From positions 124,001 to 188,000 of the IMG/VR virus record IMGVR_UViG_3300025536_000010: a stretch of 64,000 bases of DNA, one strand, 5' to 3'. Positions 9,204 through 18,512 of the stretch are shown one piece after another. A program made the translations under genes and the position numbers. Position 1 is the stretch's first letter. Each line of letters starts with the position of its first letter. The notes under the pieces were generated by a model, which searched no databases, was not told where the DNA came from, and saw only the letters and a list, made by a program, of their open reading frames with translations.

Positions 9204-9863
9204 ATGCTGGAGGTACTGCCGCTGCCCGAAGGCCGTGTCCGTATTCACCGCGTCCAGGAGTTCACCTTCCGCGACCGGGTACGGAACATGCTCCGGGAGC
9301 GCATACCTGACCCGGCCGCGGGTTATCGCCCGCACGGCTGGACCCCGTTGACCGACTTCGTGCCCAACGCCATCCTCTACGAGTGGGGAGCCGTCGTCGG
9401 CAACCTGCTGGCCAAGAAAGGGCAGCAGTACGGCATCGGCGGCATGTACATCGAGTTCGAGAACGTCGCCGACCCCGACGACGCCGTGGTAGAGCCGGAT
9501 TTCTCACGCGACGCCGACCAGGGCATCGACTACTACAACGACCTGGGCGAAAGCCCTGACCGGGATTACCTGCGGGTGCCCCTGATCGCCGCCTATCTCC
9601 AGTCGAGCGACGAGACAAAGTACCCCAAAGGCAACGAGGTCGTTTTCTTCGCTCAGACCTCTGGCGTGGAAGGCGTCCACGGCAAGCCGTTCTCCGACGC
9701 CGACAACAGCAAAGCATTCGGCGGTGCTCTGGTGGCCTTCGTTGACGAGGCCGATCACACGCGCGATTTGGTCCTGAGCCGCTTCTACCTCGACTCAGGG
9801 AGTCAGCAGGTGAAGCTGCCCACATCCCAGATAGGTTACGAATGGCGACTCCGTCTGAAATGA
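9204..9863 (+). CDS. putative tail/baseplate structural protein
   Basis: SD GAGGAGG, ATG 9204; module context. Confidence 0.6.
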   Translation: MLEVLPLPEGRVRIHRVQEFTFRDRVRNMLRERIPDPAAGYRPHGWTPLTDFVPNAILYEWGAVVGNLLAKKGQQYGIGGMYIEFENVADPDDAVVEPDFSRDADQGIDYYNDLGESPDRDYLRVPLIAAYLQSSDETKYPKGNEVVFFAQTSGVEGVHGKPFSDADNSKAFGGALVAFVDEADHTRDLVLSRFYLDSGSQQVKLPTSQIGYEWRLRLK

Positions 9864-10081
9864 ACGACGACCTGCGGCCCGAGTACGACCTGAGCAAACT
9901 GATGCGGTTGCCGTCCGAGAAATTCCGCAAAATGCAGCCCAAGGAAGTACCGACCTGGCACTTCATCAAAACCCTGTTTGACCGGCTGACGCCGGACGAG
10001 CGCAGCAAGGTGGTCGGCGACTGGTGCAAAGCCTGCTGGAGGAACCCAGCAGCCGCCTGCAACTGCACGCGGGACGACTAA
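9860..10081 (+). CDS. small hypothetical protein with DDLRPEYDL N-terminus and C-terminal Cys cluster
   Basis: ATGA overlap with upstream stop; WCKACW...CNC. Confidence 0.55.
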   Translation: MNDDLRPEYDLSKLMRLPSEKFRKMQPKEVPTWHFIKTLFDRLTPDERSKVVGDWCKACWRNPAAACNCTRDD

Positions 10082-10096
10082 CAAGGAGGGGCACGG

Positions 10097-11932
10097 ATGT
10101 CCTTTGAACGCTTCCTCACACTGGTACAGGAGAGGGACCGGGTTAAAGCCGGGACGGTCAACAAACCGCTCCGCACCACGGACCAGAACGTCCGTTACCT
10201 GTGGGACGTCCTCCAGGCCGCCGGCATCGGCTCGACCGTCTACCTGCACCGGCAGACGGTGGAGCCCGAAGTCCACAAGGGCATGGCTGTCTGGCTCAAC
10301 CCGGACACCACGCGCTTCGAGCGCTGCCTGGCCTTCGCTGACGTCGACGGCGCCACGGGCGTCGTTTACACGGCCAACTCGGCTCAGGTCTGGGGCGTCG
10401 TCACGGAGAAGATCAACGCCACGCTGGCCGAGATCCTCTTGTTCGGCGTTGTTGACCTGAACCTGTCCGAAGCCGTTGCCGACAGCGACGACCTGGGGCC
10501 GGGCGTCTACTACCTCTCGTCCAGCCAGCCCGGCAAGCTGACGCGGCAGAAGCCACCTGTCTCGGTGGCCGTGCTGCGCGCCACCACGGACGGCAAGGTG
10601 TTCGTGATGCCGCAGTTCGTGGACTTCCTCGACCGGCACACGCACTACCGTTTCAGCTTGACCTGCGCCCCGGCTGGTGACACGACGCCGCCGGCTCCGG
10701 GCGGCACACACGCGATCACCAGCCCCAACGTCCTGACGCAAGGTTGGCTGCCGGCTGGACACAGCAGCTTCAACGGTAAAGCCCCGCCCGGAGCCGTCTT
10801 TGGCTACAACCTGGAAGCACACACGGCCCTCAAGAACCTGTGGCCGCCTCAACCGTTCAACAACGCCTACCTGGAGTTCGACCGCGGCGAAGACTCGGCC
10901 CTGGGCTTCATCGGCGTGCCGCTGGGCAGCAACGGCCTGTGCGTCGCCGACCGTTATGGCATCTGGTGGATGTCCAACTGCTACGGGGACGTGCCCTGGC
11001 CTACAGCGCTCGACACCGAAACGTCTGACAGCTACTCGGACTCTTCCGATGTGGAGTGCCCGCGGCATCTCCAGATGGCCATGCAGCTGTGGTTCACCAA
11101 GATCAATTTTGCCACCGACTTGACGTCGGTACTGTCGCTGCATTCGGGCGACAACCGCATCCGAGTCCGCTGCTACGGCAAGCCTGACCAGGTGGCCAGC
11201 ACCGGGCACCTAGAACTGTTCCTCAACCTGAACCTGGTGGTCAAGGACGACCAGCCTGGCTACCTGGCTTTCAAAGACTTCGACCCGGAGAAAGCAGAGT
11301 TCAAACGCGGCCCGGTGGTGGAAGGCTTCTACAAGCTCTCCAACAACGTCACCCTGGTCGGCACCAAAGTCGGCGAGCGCGAGATCGGTGACACCACCTA
11401 CGATCTCTACCAGGGCTTGGTCGGTATCGCTGTGGCCCCGGAAGAGACGCTCGAACTGCCGGTGCAGCTGGTACGGCTCAAAGGCGTCGAGGAAGACTTC
11501 TTCCAGGATCTGATGTATCTGGCCTTCCGCCCAGCTGTCCAGGAGGAATACCGCGCCAAGCTCGTCGTGCCGTCGGATCTAGCTATCCCCAACCCGCAGA
11601 TGAAGATCCGCATGGCGATTATGGGCCGCGCGGCCGGCACGCTGCCGGTCCTCACGGTAACGGCGCGCCGTGCCGCCAGACCCGAGGACGGCCTGGGTAC
11701 GCCGCTGTCCCTGCCGCTGACTGGCGCAGAGTTCTCGGTCACCATCGACACCCAGGGCGTACTGACCCTGGCAAACCAATACGTCGAGGCCGAGAGCGAA
11801 CCGTTTGACGTCGCGCCAGGGGATACAGTGTTTTTCACCGTCAGGCGCCTGGCCACGGACGGCTACGGAGCCGACGTGGGTATCCTGCGGCAGTCGGGCA
11901 TTTTGCTTTCAGGAGAAGACGATGAGGATTAG
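10097..11932 (+). CDS. putative tail structural protein
   Basis: 611 aa; SD AAGGAGG; GVYYLSSSQPGKLT motif seen in virion proteins. Confidence 0.65.
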   Translation: MSFERFLTLVQERDRVKAGTVNKPLRTTDQNVRYLWDVLQAAGIGSTVYLHRQTVEPEVHKGMAVWLNPDTTRFERCLAFADVDGATGVVYTANSAQVWGVVTEKINATLAEILLFGVVDLNLSEAVADSDDLGPGVYYLSSSQPGKLTRQKPPVSVAVLRATTDGKVFVMPQFVDFLDRHTHYRFSLTCAPAGDTTPPAPGGTHAITSPNVLTQGWLPAGHSSFNGKAPPGAVFGYNLEAHTALKNLWPPQPFNNAYLEFDRGEDSALGFIGVPLGSNGLCVADRYGIWWMSNCYGDVPWPTALDTETSDSYSDSSDVECPRHLQMAMQLWFTKINFATDLTSVLSLHSGDNRIRVRCYGKPDQVASTGHLELFLNLNLVVKDDQPGYLAFKDFDPEKAEFKRGPVVEGFYKLSNNVTLVGTKVGEREIGDTTYDLYQGLVGIAVAPEETLELPVQLVRLKGVEEDFFQDLMYLAFRPAVQEEYRAKLVVPSDLAIPNPQMKIRMAIMGRAAGTLPVLTVTARRAARPEDGLGTPLSLPLTGAEFSVTIDTQGVLTLANQYVEAESEPFDVAPGDTVFFTVRRLATDGYGADVGILRQSGILLSGEDDED

Positions 11933-12052
11933 CAACATCCTGGGGCCAGACGGCAAACCGTACGAGGTGCCGGACCCAAAACCTGAGTTCTTGCTGGAGT
12001 TCTACGTCTACGAGACAGGGAGCTTCGTTGACCCCTACTTGAGAGTTGCACC

Positions 12053-12454
12053 ATGTCCTACTGGAACGGTTGGCCCCGAGAATGGGACTACAACGAGAAG
12101 CTCATCTGGCGAGCCCTCAGAGCCCTCCAGCGCTTCCCCGACAAGTGGCTAAGCGCGAGGACCGTTACCGCCCTTATGGACCCGCCCTGCCACCGGAGTC
12201 ACGGCCGCGGCTTCTGCCGGGCGCTGTACAAGATGGGCTACCTCGACCGCGACGACTGCGGCCACTATCGGGTGAACGCGCTCGGCGTACGGCACAGCCG
12301 CATGAACGACGAAGTACGCGAGTTGATGCGGCGGCGGGCTTACCGGCCCGTGCCGCTGCCGGAGGGTCTGGAGCACCTGTTCACGGACGAATCCCAGGCG
12401 CTCAGCAAGGCGCGGAAGGAGAGCACGGATGCCTCTCGGGCACTGGAACGTTGA
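12053..12454 (+). CDS. putative winged-helix protein
   Basis: WLSARTVTALM...RALYKMGYLDRDDCGHYRV pattern. Confidence 0.45.
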   Translation: MSYWNGWPREWDYNEKLIWRALRALQRFPDKWLSARTVTALMDPPCHRSHGRGFCRALYKMGYLDRDDCGHYRVNALGVRHSRMNDEVRELMRRRAYRPVPLPEGLEHLFTDESQALSKARKESTDASRALER

Positions 12455-13385
12455 ATGGCTGAACCACAACAGCCAACGAAGCTACCCCCTGGCGGATGAC
12501 GCCAGCGGCCTCGACGACAGCGGGGACTTCGAGCTTCCTGACGACTTCATCGTCGAACTGGACCTGCCGGTCCACGCCGGCATGGACGTAGACCCGGCGC
12601 GCTTCTTCATCAAACACATCGGGGCCTACTCGACCGGCTACGCTGTCATCGTCGGCTACCAACCCTCTGCCGGTGACGCTATCACAGTTGCCTCCGCCCT
12701 GATTCCGCGCCAGACGCACGCACGCAACACGGCCTACGCCCTGGGCGGCATCGAGCCCTTTGACGACACCGTGGGCAAGCTCGTCATCGGCAAGCTCGAC
12801 AACATCGACGAGCAGCCACCAGGCTACTGGAACTTCTCGCTGGAGAACGCCAGACTGGAACCCGACGCTGTCCGGCCGATCATTCGCGGTGTCTCCAGCG
12901 TCGTCTGCGTCAACGGCGACCAACGCTCGCTGCCGCTGCGTGGTGTGCTCGAACTCCAGGCCGGGCAGAACATGCAAATCATCCCGATCCTAGTGAGCGG
13001 GCAAGACCCAATCATTCGTTTCAACGCCATCGACGGCGAGGGTACAATCGACGAGTGCGTCTGCGAGGGCGACGCGGCTCCCACGGACCCGATCAAGCGC
13101 ATCAACGGCGTCGCCCCGACGCCTACCGGCGACTTCAACATCATCGGCACGGACTGCCTCCAGATCGAAGTGATCGCCAACGGTATTCGCCTGGTCGATA
13201 AATGCTCGGCCCCGTGTTGCGACTGCAAAGACCTGGAACGCATCACCCGCGACCTGGAACGCCTCAACAGTCAGGCCGCAACCGTCAACGACTTCGTCGA
13301 ACGCCTCCGAGACTCGGTCAACACGTTCGACCTGATCGTCCTCGGGTCCAAACTGGGCGACCGCGGCTGCGTCACCTGCGAATAG
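12429..13385 (+). CDS. Cys-rich tail protein, paralog 1 of 5
   Basis: EWLNHNSQRSYPL N-terminus; IKRINGVAP..GDF motif; PCCDC followed by coiled coil. Confidence 0.7.
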   Translation: MPLGHWNVEWLNHNSQRSYPLADDASGLDDSGDFELPDDFIVELDLPVHAGMDVDPARFFIKHIGAYSTGYAVIVGYQPSAGDAITVASALIPRQTHARNTAYALGGIEPFDDTVGKLVIGKLDNIDEQPPGYWNFSLENARLEPDAVRPIIRGVSSVVCVNGDQRSLPLRGVLELQAGQNMQIIPILVSGQDPIIRFNAIDGEGTIDECVCEGDAAPTDPIKRINGVAPTPTGDFNIIGTDCLQIEVIANGIRLVDKCSAPCCDCKDLERITRDLERLNSQAATVNDFVERLRDSVNTFDLIVLGSKLGDRGCVTCE

Positions 13386-13394
13386 GAGGCCAAG

Positions 13395-14948
13395 ATGTCG
13401 CACCCCTTCGGCCGCCAACCTATCGGCCCCAACCAGCCGCCCGGCGGCGGTACAAACTATCCGTTTGTTGCGCCCGAGGACGATGTGCGCCAACTCCTCG
13501 GCGACTTCTACCTGTCTTACGAGGACGACACCTGCGCCTTCGCGCTACCGCTGCGCGTCACCTGGCTCTACGGCTTCGGCGACAACGTCGTGGCTGCGCC
13601 GTCTGGTACGCCCACGCCGGTCCACGCCCAAGACCTGGTCGTCAAAGACGCTGAGGGCGTTACGGTCTTCGACTCGACCCAAGCGGTCGATTTCAAGACG
13701 ACGGTCTGGGGCGGGCGCCTGCTGGTACTGGAGTGGACCACGGAGACACAGGTCTGCCGCTGCACTGTCCACACCGCCTGGGACGCCGAGGATACGCCGC
13801 TGACCTACGACAACCACATCGTCCCGGAGAACGGCGAACTCGACGCCCGGACCTACAACCGTCTGCCCGGCCGTGTAAAAGCGTTTCGAGTCGGCCTCCA
13901 GACGATCACCGGCAACGTCCAGTTCGACGCCGGTTTCAACATGGCTATCGCCGGCAGCAGCACGCCGCGCACGGATGGCACGTTGTTCGTCGACCGCGTC
14001 GACATGGACGCCGTCCCCGGCGCCGGGCTCGGTCGCCAACCAGGCTGCGAGGAAGCCGAGGTCGTCACGCGGCTCATTAACGCAATCGGCCCCGACAAGG
14101 GCGGCAACTTCATAATCGAACTGGATGAGTGCTACCGCGGGCAGCTAGCCGCTTTCGCCCAGGATACCGAAGACGGGCGCACCGCCGAGTACGGCGCTGA
14201 CATCTACACGGACGAAGAGGCCAAAAGCGCACTGAGAATCTTCAACGACTGCCAACCGTGCTGCCCCTGCGATTACTACGTCCGCACCTACAAGGGCCTC
14301 AAGCGCGTCTGGGACAAGTGGAAAACGGCCGGCGTGGCCGCCGAAGAGGTCCGCGACCTCTACAAGGACAACGTCAACCGCTGGGAGGAACAGCGGCAAT
14401 GCCGCATTGAGCACCCGGCACGACTGGTCGTCAGCGCCGACAAGCAGTGCCGTGTGTTCGTGGGTGGCACCTACTGTAACTTCTCGAAATGCTGTCTGCG
14501 GGACATCGAGTTCCGTTTCACGTTCGAGTGGATACGCAACGGGCAAACAGAACCCGAGCCGGTCCATGACCTGCGCGTGTTCGATTCTTTTGTGAACGCC
14601 AGTTACACCGAAGGGGAGGAGCCGATCACGCCGCTGGTGACTGCCTCAACCGTCCGTTTCCTGATCGACTACGCGGACCCGCAGGCGATCACCCTGGTCA
14701 AGTTCCGGGTCTGCATCACCTGCGAGCGCGGCGACACGCTCAAGGTGTGGTTCAGTGTCCACGTCCCTGACCCTGGCCTGGACGCAGCCGGCGAGCCGTG
14801 CGAGTTGCCAGTGATAGAGATCCCGGCGCACCTGATCGAGATCTGGCTGAACGACGGGTTGCCGGAGCCCGAGCCAGCACGGGCGCTCGTAGTGAAGCTC
14901 GCACCGCTCGACCCAGTCAACCCGGTTTCCAGCTGCGTCGTTTGCTAA
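13395..14948 (+). CDS. Cys-rich tail protein, paralog 2 of 5
   Basis: TNYPFV; LINAIGPDKGGNF; CQPCCPC followed by coiled coil. Confidence 0.7.
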   Translation: MSHPFGRQPIGPNQPPGGGTNYPFVAPEDDVRQLLGDFYLSYEDDTCAFALPLRVTWLYGFGDNVVAAPSGTPTPVHAQDLVVKDAEGVTVFDSTQAVDFKTTVWGGRLLVLEWTTETQVCRCTVHTAWDAEDTPLTYDNHIVPENGELDARTYNRLPGRVKAFRVGLQTITGNVQFDAGFNMAIAGSSTPRTDGTLFVDRVDMDAVPGAGLGRQPGCEEAEVVTRLINAIGPDKGGNFIIELDECYRGQLAAFAQDTEDGRTAEYGADIYTDEEAKSALRIFNDCQPCCPCDYYVRTYKGLKRVWDKWKTAGVAAEEVRDLYKDNVNRWEEQRQCRIEHPARLVVSADKQCRVFVGGTYCNFSKCCLRDIEFRFTFEWIRNGQTEPEPVHDLRVFDSFVNASYTEGEEPITPLVTASTVRFLIDYADPQAITLVKFRVCITCERGDTLKVWFSVHVPDPGLDAAGEPCELPVIEIPAHLIEIWLNDGLPEPEPARALVVKLAPLDPVNPVSSCVVC

Positions 14949-14958
14949 GGAGGCGTCG

Positions 14959-16656
14959 GTGCCGATTCGTAACCTACACTGGACCAACCGCAACGACGGG
15001 ATCAAATACCCCGTCGACGATCAGGCAACGGCCCTGGACGATGCCGGTGCGCTCCTGCCTTCGGAGATTCTCGCGGACTTGTTCCTACGCTGGCCGAAGC
15101 ACCTCGGCGACTACGCTTTCCTGTCGTCGGTCAGTGTCACGCGCTCCTTGGTCACCGTCACGATCCAGGCGGCCCGCACGCTCGACGACGAGGATTTCAC
15201 CCCGCTGGCCGTGCTGTCTGTCACCAAGCCGGTCCAGGACGGCCGCGTCTACGCGCTCCAGCCGCAGGTCCAAGGCGTCGGCGGCTGGGTCGTTTTCGGC
15301 CGCGGCGTCCAATTCGATCCAACAGACGGTCTGGTCTACCGTGGTCGTTTCTCCTCACCACGGCAAAGTCGCCTGGCGCCGCGCGCGGCTCGGCCTTACC
15401 GTGGCTTGCCCGTTCACAGCGCCCAGGTCCAAAACGCGGCCACCAGGCTAACAGGCGTAGTCCTGCTGCGCGGCGTCCTACCCGTGCGCGTGGTCAAAGA
15501 GGAGCGGACGATTGACGGCGTACTGCGCGACTGCATCGTCATCCGCCTGGTCGACGTGGCCGGCGTCGACGGTTTTGCCGTACCGGCGGCAGCCCGCGAG
15601 ATCTCCGGCTTCAAAGAAGCCAGTTCTTTTCAGGAGTTCGCCGGCCCCTGCGCCAACCGGCCCGAGTCTGGTACTTGCGGCACGCCGGAACCTATCGAGT
15701 TCGTCAACGCCGTGGCCCCTGACTGCAACGGCGTCCTCACCCTGGAGTTCCGCGGCTGCGCCGCCGTAGCCCAGGTCTTGGGGACGTGCGGCATTATCGT
15801 AGACTGCGACCTGGGCCTGGCCCGAGCCTGCTTGCCGCCCTATATCCCCAGCAGCGACGGCAAACTGCCCAGTGAATACGACCCCATTGTTGTCGAACCG
15901 CCCATCGACCCGCCGCCACCGGACCCAGAGCCCGGCGCGTCGGAGTCGTTGGTGGTACTGGGCGAATTGCCTTATATCGACTGCTTCCACGACGGCGTGG
16001 CCGATGACTTCGTGAACAAGTATGGCCTGTGGCAGCTGGTCGAGGACGACAGTCCCGCGACCATGTGTGACGACGAATCGGTGCCTGTGTCTGAGTCCCT
16101 ATCGGCGTCGACATCCGCGTCGGTCGGTAGTGAGCGCATCTTGCAAAGCCTGGAGGCGTACACGACAGCCAGCCGCAACATCACGGTCTGGGAGGGCTTT
16201 GACGACAGCACGGTCTACCGGCGGATCATGACCGACGTGAAACTGGCCCTCGGCCCGGCTGGGTCCAAAACCAACGCCGGCATCGTCCTCAACTACCGGC
16301 AGGCGTCGCCAAGCAGCACGGCCTACCTGTACCACCTGGTCGAGATCGACTACGAGACACAGGAGTTCCGCATTGTTCGCTTCAACGGCACTAACACTGT
16401 GCCAGTAGTCCCGGTGTCGGTGCCAGGTATCCACCCGGACGCCTGGTATCGGATCGACGTCAACGTCGTGCCTGGGGCGACGCCGGGGCAGATCACGATC
16501 ACGGCGCAGCTGACGTCCATCTCCGAGCCCGGCCTTATCGACGTCACGCTCAGCGTGACCGTCAACGATTACGGGACGACGCAGGGTCGGTTCGGTTTCC
16601 ACACCAACCGCGCCCTGGCTCGGTTCAGCTACTTCTACTTGCGGGAGTTTCCGTAA
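14959..16656 (+). CDS. Cys-rich tail protein, paralog 3 of 5, with C-terminal beta-sandwich (lectin-like) domain
   Basis: HWTNRNDGIKYPV; FVNAVAPDCNG; C-terminal NAGIVLNY...WYRIDV...GRFGF. Confidence 0.7.
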   Translation: MPIRNLHWTNRNDGIKYPVDDQATALDDAGALLPSEILADLFLRWPKHLGDYAFLSSVSVTRSLVTVTIQAARTLDDEDFTPLAVLSVTKPVQDGRVYALQPQVQGVGGWVVFGRGVQFDPTDGLVYRGRFSSPRQSRLAPRAARPYRGLPVHSAQVQNAATRLTGVVLLRGVLPVRVVKEERTIDGVLRDCIVIRLVDVAGVDGFAVPAAAREISGFKEASSFQEFAGPCANRPESGTCGTPEPIEFVNAVAPDCNGVLTLEFRGCAAVAQVLGTCGIIVDCDLGLARACLPPYIPSSDGKLPSEYDPIVVEPPIDPPPPDPEPGASESLVVLGELPYIDCFHDGVADDFVNKYGLWQLVEDDSPATMCDDESVPVSESLSASTSASVGSERILQSLEAYTTASRNITVWEGFDDSTVYRRIMTDVKLALGPAGSKTNAGIVLNYRQASPSSTAYLYHLVEIDYETQEFRIVRFNGTNTVPVVPVSVPGIHPDAWYRIDVNVVPGATPGQITITAQLTSISEPGLIDVTLSVTVNDYGTTQGRFGFHTNRALARFSYFYLREFP

Positions 16657-17495
16657 TGGCCCAGATCCTGTTCCCAGAATGGCGCAGGCAGAACGAGCCG
16701 ACCAAGTATCCGCTGGCGGAACAGGCCACCATGACCGCCCTGGACGGTCGTGTGCTAGTCGAAGGTACGTTCCTGGACGCCGCCCTGTACCCTATCGGAG
16801 CCAAAGCCGGCGTCTACCTGGCAGCCGTCACGCTCGATCACCAGAACGCTGTCATGGAACTGGGCGACCCGTTCGACAAAGCCCTGGCCTCGGCCACCTT
16901 CTCCTTGGTTGACCCGCCGGACGAGGTCGTCTTCGTCGACCGTTACGGCAGGCCGGCAGGCGTTATCGTCAGTGAGTCGACCCGGCTGGGCATCTTTCAG
17001 TCCTGGGGCGTCGGCCGGCACGAGTTCGCTCAGGAAGGCTCCGAGTTTGCTGCCACCTGCGTTATACCCACACCAGAGGTCGGCGTGCGCGGCTTCCTCC
17101 TGGAGACGGGCGAGTTGTTCGTAGGGGACGTGTGGCTGGTAGGCAGCGACGGCGTCGTCTTGCGCACCACGAACATCTCGGTGCCGGCCAGCTGCGGGCA
17201 ACCGGAGCGCACCGTCCGAGCCATCCGCGTCGACATCGTCGGCGACCCACTATTTCGCCGCCGGCTGTGTCAGCCGAACGACCTGTTCGACACGCCACGG
17301 TTCGTACGCACGGTGCGCGTCGTCGGCCCCAACTACACCTTCGAGTGTCCGCCGGACGCCGCCGGCAACCTCATGTTGGCCGCTGGCAACGGCCTGGCGG
17401 CAGACACGGTATTGCGGATCGCTGTTACCCCCAACGGGCTCAAGATCGGCTCGGTCGGCGAGTCGCAGAGTACCGAGAACGTGAACGCCTTCTAA
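16656..17495 (+). CDS. tail protein, paralog 4 of 5
   Basis: EWRRQNEPTKYPL; PPDAAGNL. Confidence 0.7.
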   Translation: MAQILFPEWRRQNEPTKYPLAEQATMTALDGRVLVEGTFLDAALYPIGAKAGVYLAAVTLDHQNAVMELGDPFDKALASATFSLVDPPDEVVFVDRYGRPAGVIVSESTRLGIFQSWGVGRHEFAQEGSEFAATCVIPTPEVGVRGFLLETGELFVGDVWLVGSDGVVLRTTNISVPASCGQPERTVRAIRVDIVGDPLFRRRLCQPNDLFDTPRFVRTVRVVGPNYTFECPPDAAGNLMLAAGNGLAADTVLRIAVTPNGLKIGSVGESQSTENVNAF

Positions 17496-17509
17496 AAAGT
17501 GGTTTATAG

Positions 17510-18502
17510 ATGTCCGAGAACTTCTACAACCTGAACGCCAACCGCTGCTACCCCTTCGTACTTCGCACAACGGGGCGCCCGGAGGACGGGCCGAGCACGC
17601 TGCTGAACCTGGCCCACGCCTGCGTGGTCGACGCCGGCTTCGTCCTCGCGGCCAAAAGTGGTTTCGCGTCGGGCGACCACACCGTCTACCTCAACCAGGT
17701 CCGGCGGCATGGCAGCACTTTCTATTTCGACTTCGCCTCGGACGCGCCTGAACTGTTCGAGGTGCCTTTGACGTTCACCCGCAACGTCGCCGATCCCGAC
17801 TACACCCTCAGCTTTACAGACTCGGGCGAGGTCGGGCTGTCTGAGTCGAGCGCATCGGGTAGTATGAGCCTGGGCGACGAATGTCTCGAACCGCTCTGGT
17901 CTGGTTTCCTGGTTTCGGGCAAGATGAGTGCCCTAGCACTGCTGCTGCCCGTGAACGGTACGATCACGAGGGGCGCCGGCGGTGCCGTCGTCGAACCGGC
18001 CTTGCTCCAGAACCTCGCTGGGACGTATGTCACGCGAGTCGGCCTGGCCAATGACGACCGCACCAGGGCGGACGCTCCCGAGGACTGCCCGGACATCGTG
18101 TTCCCTTACCCGACCGGGGTCATCCACATCCACACGAACTGCGTGGTGGGCGATCTGGTGTTCGTGGCAGGGGTCAACGCCGAAGTCCGGCAGAGTGACA
18201 CGGACAACGCTATCAGCTTTGGGGCCTCAGTCGGGGCCGGGGCGGGGCAGCCGTGCGACACCGTGGCCAGGTTCCCAGGGGAAGTGCCGCCCGAAGGCAG
18301 CAACCTCCTGGAAGGTGGGCTCCGCTGCAACGAGGTGTTGCGGTCGATCAACGGGATCGGTGGTCGGCAGTTCAACCTGATTGCCGGCCTGGGGGCCACC
18401 ATTGCCTCGGTGCCCGAGGAGAACAAGGTCGTCGTCGACCTCAACATGTTCGGCCTCGTGACGTGCTTCGACTCGATCTCCGAGGTATCGGAGAGTTGCT
18501 AG
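17510..18502 (+). CDS. tail protein, paralog 5 of 5
   Basis: FYNLNANRCYPFV; LRSINGIGG. Confidence 0.7.
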   Translation: MSENFYNLNANRCYPFVLRTTGRPEDGPSTLLNLAHACVVDAGFVLAAKSGFASGDHTVYLNQVRRHGSTFYFDFASDAPELFEVPLTFTRNVADPDYTLSFTDSGEVGLSESSASGSMSLGDECLEPLWSGFLVSGKMSALALLLPVNGTITRGAGGAVVEPALLQNLAGTYVTRVGLANDDRTRADAPEDCPDIVFPYPTGVIHIHTNCVVGDLVFVAGVNAEVRQSDTDNAISFGASVGAGAGQPCDTVARFPGEVPPEGSNLLEGGLRCNEVLRSINGIGGRQFNLIAGLGATIASVPEENKVVVDLNMFGLVTCFDSISEVSESC

Positions 18503-18512
18503 GAGGCCACGG

